This document shows, one piece after another, positions 53,187 to 64,000 of a stretch of DNA of 64,000 nt. The notes beneath the pieces are model-generated. The model saw nothing but the letters and a program-made list of their open reading frames with translations. It had not been told where the DNA came from and did no database searches. Source of the stretch: the human T2T-CHM13v2.0 reference genome, Homo sapiens; the NCBI RefSeq assembly GCF_009914755.1, contig NC_060931.1; one strand, written 5' to 3'. Made by a program: the position numbers and the translations under genes. How positions within the stretch are numbered: position 1 is the stretch's first letter; every line of letters begins with the position of its first letter.

Positions 53187-56100
53187 TTATTTGCTAGAGA
53201 AGACATTAACAACTGACATCTAGCTGGGTCATCATTTTCTCTAAAAAGTCTTCCTCACCCATTCTGCTTGAGCTAGAATAAACTCTTCCATCTTAAAAAC
53301 AACACTGTTCATCTTAGACACTTTAGGGCTTATATTAATTGGGATTATATGCATGAAACTGGTTTGTAAATTACAGCATATCATACAAATGTTCTGGTCA
53401 GGATGGTGATTCTTATCTTATTGTGCTGGCCATGGTAATTAATGTCTCCTGTGAAGCAGGAGGCCCAATTCCAATGAGTGCACAATGACTCTACATCAGG
53501 CTCAGTATTCTCCCGTCTAGCATAACCCCTACTATAATAGTGAGCATGTTCAATGCTTAAATGGGTGACTCCTCCTGCAGATTTTACTCCCAGCTTTTTG
53601 GCGAATTTCTGCTAGTTCCCTTCTCCTCTACTCCACCTCAGCAACACTTCAAAGGACATGCTGGGCCTTATCCTCACTTGGAATTGTTGCACCTGTGAAG
53701 TTTCAACTCCCCACCATCCTGGATCTTCCCACATGCTCCTCTTCTTCCAGTTCTTACCACCTTATCTCATGTTACTATCTATTCATTATTCATTTTTTTC
53801 AATAAAAATTGTATCACCTATATGACCACATTGAGCTCTCTGATTTATTTACTTCTCTTAAATTCCATTCCTAATACCCTCAAGCCTCAGTTTTTTTCTA
53901 ACCAGTTCATATCCAATGCACTCTGGACACTTTCTTTCCAGCATTCTAGACACGCTTTCTTCAACCCACAGGAACAGAATGAACAAAAGGAAGGAAGAAC
54001 ATCGTATGTAGGGTAAGAGGAAGAATGTGTCAGAGGCACAGAATGGAATTATTGCTGGGAAGCAACTGTCCCATCTAGAACTGTATCTTTCAACATCTCC
54101 TTCCCCTACTCCAACGTATTCGGACAAAGCCATACAACTATTTTTCACTCATATTCCAAATGATGTATTACTCTGAGCCAAGACAGTTAAGAAGAAGTCA
54201 CACCTTCTTTTCTCTGCTTTCCTTCTTTAATCAGTTGGAAACTGATGTCCAAGGTGACCTTGGAAGCCTTATGGAGACAGTAGAGCCTCCGTCATTCAGG
54301 AACCGAATGACTATGTGGAGCAAAGCCTTCCATGCTGACCAAAAACACCCATGATGGGCTGATACACAAGTGAGGACAGAAATTCTATTGTTTACACCAT
54401 TGAAATTTTACACACACACGTGACAGCACCCACTAATTTCCTAACAAATTTAAAGGGTGAAAGGGAAGATTAAAAACATTTATGAAGAGCATGTGTTACA
54501 CATTAGTACTTTTTTCCTCTGTGATTTCATACAATTCTTCCCCATGACACCACAGTCATGGGGAAATATATCCACTTTCCAGATGTGTATTAGGGAATAT
54601 GGGTAACTTTTTTATAAGATCACAACCAATTTCTGTTCAGATTTATTTTGGAGTCTTTAGAGATTTTATATAGAGCTAACACATTTGTAGTATTTTATAA
54701 TCAGGAACTCATAATATTTCCCAAATATTTGAAAGAACAATTATGAATAGGGAGCATAAAACCCTTATTCAATAATTGGAAAAATACTTTAACATACACT
54801 TTTATGGTACACTTTAAAATATCATTTCCAGTAGAGACTCATACTATCACTCTGAAACTAGGATCACTGTAGGAAATTCCTGTAGGCATGTAGGAAATAA
54901 CATCTTTCAGAATATACCTATGATCAATCACTAATCTCTATTCACAAATACAACAGGAAAGCTGACGGCTTAGCCAAAGGGGTCTTTAGTTCTGAGCTCA
55001 ACACAGAAATTTTGAAAGAGAAGAGAGGGGGACTGACAGGTTTCTGTGACTGATCATGTAGAAAGGGTTTTCAAGGGAGACCAAAAGGAATTCTCAGTAC
55101 AGTCCAAGTTCATGGGTAGAGGAGAAAAATACATTGCACAGACAGAAGAGAAAAAAATTAGTTTCTCTTTTCTGCTCCCAAAAGCTGTGTTCACAGGTGA
55201 CTCCACATGAAGATGGAATGTAAGGATGCCAGCACTCAGCTAGGGAGAGCCAGACCCCCCAGAAATTCCTGTACAGGATGCAGAACTCTCAGGTGGGACT
55301 CATGAAGTTAGAAGCCCAAGAATGTGTGTATCCAGGCTAGGACTTGTCTCTTTCCTTCCTTGTCTGTCTCCAGCTCTTGATCTCCTTTATAGGGTAATTT
55401 TCACAGGGAAATAAAGTTCTTGTCACTTCCTTATTGCATGAGAACTATTAGAAAAACACAAAACTGCATTGGAATATGAATATTGAGAGCTCATTAAGTC
55501 TTAAAATGTTTATCATTCCAATGTTTCCTTAGCCAAATAAGGTAATGCATGACCTTGTTCTCTGAGGAGGCTTACTAGTCATTGAAAGTACAAATGCAAA
55601 TTTTATATGCTAAAGATCTAATGTATATATAGATATCCGAACATAAATGTACACACACTTAAGCAACCACAGTGTTGGAGAGACCTTTTAAAGCAGTGAG
55701 TACTTTTCGAACTTCTTTTAATACCACAGTCCAGAGCAGACAATAGACATTTTCCTTTGCAACCAAAGACATGCAAGTACACCCTCACATAACCAAAAAA
55801 ATTCAATAAACAATACTTATGTTTGTCATGACATGTTTAAACATTAACTGCAGAACAGCACATAGCCCCCAAAGGTTGAGGATCACTAAGACAGAGTAAT
55901 GTGTATAATGAATCAGTACCTTGGTTAAGTGATTCCCCATCATAAGAGCAGACTAATATATAAGTAAAACAATCACACAGCACTTATTCTCCTTCCTGTG
56001 TTCCTTGAAGAGAAACTACTCTCAGGCATAGCCGAACGCTGAATAGAAGGGAATAAATTATAACTTATTAAAATTCCTATTTCAATAACTTCTAAAATTT

Positions 56101-56399
56101 TCAGTGTGTTAAATGCGCATGTACAACTATTAAAATGTTACTGCTACAAAGTCTTCCTCATGCATTTTCTTTTATTTCAAGAGAAACTAGCAAGAACATT
56201 CTTCATATCTACCAATCTATGAAACCAGAGTTTTACCACATGTTCTACCACCTCCCTATCTTTTGCACAATTCAGCATTTCGTTATTTATAAAACTTTTC
56301 CAAGTTCTACAAGATTTTTGACCTATAGTATACTCTTCACTGCATTAAAGATTTTGCAGAAATAGTTTTAATCAACAGCATGCATCATAAATAATTGAA

Positions 56400-57600
56400 G
56401 TTTTAGGTTTTGCCTAGTGACTAAAAGACTCCCCCAAACAAATGCAATTTCAAAACACTTAAATCTCAAGCAGTGCATATTAAATGCTTGACAGTACCCA
56501 CGCCTTCATTAGTCTAAATAAAAAGTTGAAAGCAGATTTAAAAGCATGCTATTTTTTACTAAAACTGTTAACTTTTTAAAATGGTTTAATGTATGTGTTT
56601 TCAAATACGTTCGAAGAATGACATAATGGTAATTCCTGCATTAACAAAAAAAAAGAAAATGGGAAGTCAAGTTTTTATTTTCTTCTTTGTGAATCTCCAG
56701 TTACCGATTTCGTGCACTCAAGTCCTAACTCTAATATGCAGAAAAATGCAGAGGCAGCTGTGGACCAATTTCATATGGAAATATTAAGGCTGAGAAAGCC
56801 CATGCAATTATTAGGATCAAGAGAAAAGCAAATTATGAAGCCTCAAATTTTGTATGTAAGCAGCAGATAAGCAACCAGCAGTTGGTGTGTTTAATACGGA
56901 AAGCCAAAGTAACACTACATCTTTAATGTAATGACCTGACCTCTGCCCTAAGCACTCTAATGCAGAGCCAAAATCATACACTTACCCTGCTCATGCTCTG
57001 CTCTGGCTCAACCATGTAATCTTTACATAATGTGTATATTTATTTTTTTATTTGACAGGAGAACTTCATCTGTAAACTTTCTTGACTAAAATCAACTTGG
57101 CACCAACTCGTCAGTTAATTAACTGTTAACAGATTCTTCTAGGTACGACTATTACATGGATATTTTATCTTCCTGTTAATTGGTAATTATGCACTGGCAA
57201 GAAAAACAGTGTTTCTTTCCAATTATCGCAGAACTCAGTGATTATTTAAACTTGGCTAATTAGCATTAGAGGGCTGTACATCTTCTGGGCAAATTGTGTT
57301 TGATAATCCTTATTAAAATATACATGGCGGTTGTTGACTTGTAACAGGAAAAAAAAAAGTGGTAGTTCAAAGGGTATTAGATACCACACGAGGCAAATGG
57401 GGGCCCATTAAAATTTCCCCAACTGCTCTAATGAGAATGCCGAGGGTCATTTCTGCCTAGTTTACCATCTGTTTGGTTTCTGGCATGTGGCTCTGGTGAG
57501 AAGGGAGTGTCCGGAAGCCCATTTGGCTTATCACAGTATAATCCAGGGGTCTGAAGCAATTTCAGTCATTTATAAAGTGGTACGTTGAAGTCAGAAACGT
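56400..57600. promoter_or_regulatory. Candidate conserved enhancer
   Basis: No recognisable repeats; clustered TAAT/ATTA cores; palindrome CAGTTAATTAACTG (57112-57125); CTAATTAG; YY1-like CATGGCGG. Motif evidence only. Confidence 0.35.
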
Positions 57601-57829
57601 ATACATGCAGAATGAAAAACTTTTAAGTGTAAAGATGATGCTACATCATGAAAATGGTCCTGATTTTTTTTTAAACAGGCAGGCACTGCTTAAAAAGAAA
57701 CTTTTAGAAACATTGTGTATCAACGCTAGTATCTACTTTGGAACTCACCCAAAGATTGTGAGATTGAAAAATAACTACTTTTTAATAGCTAGGCTCTATC
57801 ACCTGGAGCATACGTTAAAAAAATTGCAT

Positions 57830-58872
57830 TGAGATAGGCAATGGCTTACTAGACGGCATACAGAAAGCAATTATCATACAAGAAAAAAATGATAAATTAG
57901 AATTTATCAAAATAAACTACTCAACTTAAGGCAACATGGAGAAAAAAGAATAGGCAAGCCATGAATGGAAAAATATATTCACAAAACATACATCTGATAG
58001 AGGACTGATACACAGGATATATTACAAACTACTATTACTCAATAATAAAAAGACAACTCAATTTTTTTAAATGGCTGTAAGATTTGAACAGACCCTTGAC
58101 AAAAGTGGCCATTAAGCACAGGAAAAAGTGCTCAGTATCAATAGTTATCTGGGAAATGCAAATTAAAACTACAGTGAGATAACACCACACACCTACCAAC
58201 ATGGCTAAAATTAGAAACACTGACACCACCGAATGCTGAAGACGCAGAGCAATTGCAACTCTAATGCTATGTTGGTGAGTGTGTTAAAAGGTACACCATT
58301 TTGAAAAAGAAGTCTGGTAGTTTCTCACAAAACAAAACCCAGCAACGCCACTCCTAGGTATTTGCCCAATAAAAGTGAAAATACATATTCACAAAGAGAC
58401 TTGTACAAGAATGTTCACAGCAGCTGTGTGCATAATAACCCAAAACTACTAACAACTCAGGTGTCCAATAGCAGGAGGATGGAAGAACAAACATAAACAT
58501 ACTACTCAACAATAAAAAAGAACAAACTACTGAGTAAAGAAGTTGGCCAAAAAAGTACATACTGAATGGCTGTATTTACATAAAGTTCTAGAAAAGGCAA
58601 AACTAATCTATGGTTGAATAAAACAAAACAGAGATTGCCTCTGGGTAGTGGGGTGAGAGGTGACAGAGGAGAGATACGAGGGAACTTCTGAGATTAGGGT
58701 AATGATAGGGAAGGGCTGGGGTTACACAGGCGTGTACATTTATTAAATCTCACCTCATATAACCTTAAGATGTGTGCATATCATTGGATACAAACTTTAC
58801 AAACATGGTATTTGCTGTAAAATTTTTTCAATTTTGATGTACGTTTGAAATTTTTCATAATAAAATGTTGAA
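57830..58872 (+). mobile_element. Old LINE-1 (L1MC/ME-type) ORF2 end plus 3'UTR
   Basis: GGAAATGCAAATTAAAACTACAGTGAGATA...AATGTTCACAGCAGC...GGCAAAACTAATCTATGG. Confidence 0.85.
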
Positions 58873-58914
58873 CAGTAGACTGATACGACTTCAATTAAAT
58901 ACATATTAAATTAC

Positions 58915-59269
58915 TATATTAGTCTGTTCTCACGCTGCCAATAAAGACATACCTGAGACTGCATAACTTTTAAAGAGGTTTAATGGACTTGCACTTCCAC
59001 GTGGCTGGGGAGGCCTCACAATCATGGCAGAAGGTGAAGGAGGAGCAAAGGTATGTCTTACACGGCAGCAGGCAAGAAAGCTTGTGTAGGGGAACTCCCC
59101 TTTATAAAACCATCATATCTCATGAGACCTATTCACTATCACAAGAACAGCATAGAAAAAACCCATCCCCATGATTAAATTACCTCCCACTGGGTCCTTC
59201 CCACAACACGTGGGGATTATTACAATTCAAGGTGAGAGCTGGGTGGAGACATAGAGCCAAACCATATCA
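58915..59269 (-). mobile_element. THE1/MST-family solo LTR
   Basis: TATATTAGTCTGTTCTCACGCTGC...AGCCAAACCATATCA; perfect 5-bp TSD ATTAC. Confidence 0.92.
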
Positions 59270-59589
59270 ATTACTTCTTAAAATAAAATCAGTTCATTAG
59301 CTGAGTGTCAACACACAATATAAAACCATGCAAATATAACTGTTGAAACAGCAATTTCTTTCATCAAAGTTGACAGCATTCCTTTCACCAATTCACTTGG
59401 TGACATCAGCTTTGGACACAGGAGAGTAGGTGCTACTGCTTGTGTGTTCGTCTTCTGTGCTTCTACCAGTGTGCTTACCTGGTGTGTGCTCACATGTGTA
59501 TTTATGTGGTGTGTGTCCCTACATTTGTTTATTCCATTTGAACCTGTTATTCTCCTAATATTACTTCATTAAACGTTAGTTAAACTGAT

Positions 59590-59890
59590 GAAAAATGAAT
59601 ATTCCTAAGAAGAGAGTTGTTTATATACAAAACTAGCTGGAATGTTTTGGAAAGACTTGACAAAAATAAGCTAAAGAAATCTTATTTTAAAATTATGGTG
59701 GAAAAGGCACCTGTTAAAGATTGCAAAATAAAAGCCATAAGGATCTAGAATTCTGCACACAGACTCCTTCACAAATCTGGTTCATTTTCTTGCTCCACTT
59801 TAAAGAAACCAAAACTGGAAATGTGGCTTACGTAACAAAATCCTAGTGAAACTCCAATCCGTGGATCCATATTTAAAGAACAATTCTCAG
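59590..59890 (+). mobile_element. Decayed Tigger/pogo transposase N-terminal (HTH/CENP-B-like) coding relic
   Basis: Frameshifted translation MNIPKKRVV / KTSWNVLERLDK / KDLEFCTQ / STLKKPKLEMW...TPIRGSIFKE resembles the pogo-family DNA-binding region. Confidence 0.6.
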
Positions 59891-60122
59891 ATGACATCTG
59901 AAAACTGGCAAATTTATGACCTGGCCATCCTATTTAATATCAAGACCCACATAAGTACTTCCAGTCACTCTCTCCCTAGCCTACTTCCTCCCTATTGGAT
60001 TGATCGCTTTTTAACAAACTAATTAAAACTACAGTTTAATTAGTTATTCATAGAAAATAAACAATAAGCATGTCTAACCAATTTATTAACTGACTCAATG
60101 CTAGTACTGACCATGTCAAATA

Positions 60123-60254
60123 ACAGTTTCTTAAGTAGGTGAGTGTGGATATGGGTGTGTAGTTTTCTACAGCTTCTTAAGTAGGTGAGTGTGGATATGG
60201 GTGTGTAGTTTTCTACAGTTTCTTAAGCAGGTGAGTGTGGATATGGGTGTGTAG
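60123..60254. repeat. 46-bp minisatellite, ~2.9 copies
   Basis: ACAGTTTCTTAAGTAGGTGAGTGTGGATATGGGTGTGTAGTTTTCT starting at 60123, 60169 and 60215; 2 substitutions in total. Confidence 0.97.
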
Positions 60255-60329
60255 GTATTTGAAGAAGGAAGGTAAATTTCTAAACTCTCTTTATTTCAAT
60301 TATGCAGTAATCATTTTGTCCTACCATTA

Positions 60330-60830
60330 TTATTTAAAAATATTATTTTAATGAGAGTATACTAGTCCTTGCTCTTAATATGATAACTTATTTAATCATT
60401 TCCCTATTATTGGGCATTTAGAAATTTTTCAAAATTTTCCTATCATAGTGTTTTGATGAACAATGATATACAAACTGTTTGTATTTCCATTCATAAAAAT
60501 TTATAAAAGATTCACAAAAGCAAAATAACTTACATTAACATTTTAATGGCTCTGTTTATATAGTGTCAAATTGGTTTCAGGATAACTAAACCAATATACA
60601 CTAAAAACAACAATAAATATCTATTTTTTAGCACTGGTGCCACTATTGAGTGTGTGTAATTTTAAACATCTTTGCCAAAGTTAAATAAGGGTGTCTCATA
60701 CTGTTGTAATTAAGCATTTTTATTAGCAGTAAGTTGAATATTTTGCTCACATATATTGAACATTTGTATTTCTTTGTAAATGCTCTGAGTTTTTGAGACT
60801 TTTCTATTAGGAAATTGGTTGTTTAAAAGC
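60330..60830 (-). mobile_element. Very old L1 (L1ME-type) antisense relic
   Basis: TTCCCTATTATTGGGCATTTAG...TTTGCC...TTGAATATTTT...CATTTGTATTTCTTTGTAAA. Confidence 0.55.
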
Positions 60831-61081
60831 TAAAGGCTCCTTTAAAGCTAGAGCAAAATGTTTGTTCATCATTTTAATTTTTAAAAATTAGCATTTTTAA
60901 ATTACACAAGCAATTGTTCTTCACTGTCAGAAAATTAGAAAGTAGAGAAGAAAAGTATTAGATGTTTTAAGATTAAGCCATTCTTATAGTCCAGGGATTT
61001 AAATAAATCAATTTAGTCATGATGGATTATTCTTTAAAACGGTGCTTCCCAAACTGTCCCATACAAAACTAGTTCTAAGAT

Positions 61082-62990
<1,909 letters not shown>

Positions 62991-63102
62991 GTAAATAGAT
63001 GTTCTTTGGGGTGAAAAAAAACTCCATGTTAAGATAAATTTTTGAAAGAATGCTTATCATATGGTATTCTTGAAAATTCACACTGTCCATACTGTTACAA
63101 CT

Positions 63103-63965
63103 CAACAACAAAAAGACTGATAGCCTAATTTAAAAATTGGAAAAAGACTTGAATGGACATCTCTCCAAAGAAGATGTACGATGGTCAATAAGCACATAAA
63201 AATATACTCAGTGTCATTAATCATTAGGGAATTGAAAATCAAACCACAATGAGATACCACTTCATGTCTATGAAGTTGGCTATAAATAAGTAAAACAAAA
63301 AAAAGCAAATGTTGGGAAGGATGTGGAGAAACTGAACCTCTCATACATTGCTAGTGAGAATGTAAAATGGTACAGTTGCTACATGAAGCAGTTTGGCAGT
63401 TCTTCAAAAAATTAAAAGAATTACCACAAGACCTAGCAATTCTACACCCAGGTATATACTCAAGAAAATTTCAAACAGATGTTCACACAAAAACTTGTAC
63501 ACAAAGATTCATGGCAACATTATTTGTAATAGCCAAAAGTGGAAACAATCCAAATTTCCATCAATAGATTGAATGGATATAAAATATGGAATATCCATAC
63601 TATGGAATATTATTCAGTCACAATAAGAATAAAGTACTAACACGTGCTTCAATATGGATAAACTTGAAAAACATGTAAGTGAAAGAAGCTAGTCACAAAA
63701 GGTCACATGTTGTATGTTTCCATTTATAGGAAATGTCCAGAATAGGCAAATCCAGAGACAGAAAGAAGACTAGTGGCTGCCTGGGGATGAGAGGTGGTAG
63801 AATTTGGGACTGACTCCTAATAGATACAGGATTTTTTTCTGTAGTGTTAAAAATCTTTTCAAATTAGTGGTGATGGTTGCATAATACAGTGAATATACTA
63901 AGAATCACTGAATTGTATACAAAATGCTAAATTTTATGTATGTGATTTGTGTCTCAAAAGAAAAA
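63103..63965 (+). mobile_element. Old LINE-1 (L1MB/MC-type) ORF2 end plus 3'UTR
   Basis: CATCTCTCCAAAGAAGAT...AAAACCACAATGAGATACCAC...TCCAGAATAGGCAAATCCAGAGACAGAAAG. Confidence 0.85.
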
Positions 63966-64000
63966 CACACTACTGTTTAACTTTGTTTAACCAGAATATT

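Noticed and set aside
54538-54565. 11-bp-stem hairpin TTCCCCATGAC/GTCATGGGGAA
   Set aside because: Not rare enough in 64 kb to be meaningful.
60123-60254. CRISPR-like array
   Set aside because: The repeats are head-to-tail with no unique spacers, there are no cas genes, and the context is primate.

Overview
Primate (human/great-ape-type) AT-rich, repeat-dense non-coding DNA, most likely a long intron or an intergenic region. I find no recognisable protein-coding gene, RNA gene or CRISPR-like array. The longest ORFs in the track are broken LINE-1 ORF2 pieces. The window holds about 11 Alu copies or fragments, about 9 LINE-1 copies, MaLR solo LTRs, hAT/Tigger DNA-transposon fossils, MIR/L2 relics and a few tandem repeats. 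Many insertions have readable target-site duplications (TSDs). Subfamily names come from my memory of consensus sequences, not from a database search. The most unusual structure is a permuted inverted duplication of sequence I do not recognise as any repeat, at 6.0-10.4 kb. One contiguous ~710-bp block (9645-10358, minus strand, order B-A) recurs on the plus strand as two separate pieces in swapped order: A at 6030-6373 (~95% identical) and B at 6856-7213 (~89% identical, flanked by an 8-bp direct repeat). This suggests a templated insertion followed by a ~3.3-kb inversion that duplicated its breakpoint. Other notable items: a twin-primed L1PA2-like insertion; a tail-less internal L1 fragment carrying a templated micro-inversion of its FADD motif; an L1PB-like copy whose 5'UTR is fused to its 3' end; a perfect 17-bp-stem hairpin; clustered candidate minus-strand exons; and a TAAT-rich candidate enhancer. 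I see no evidence of a new coding system.
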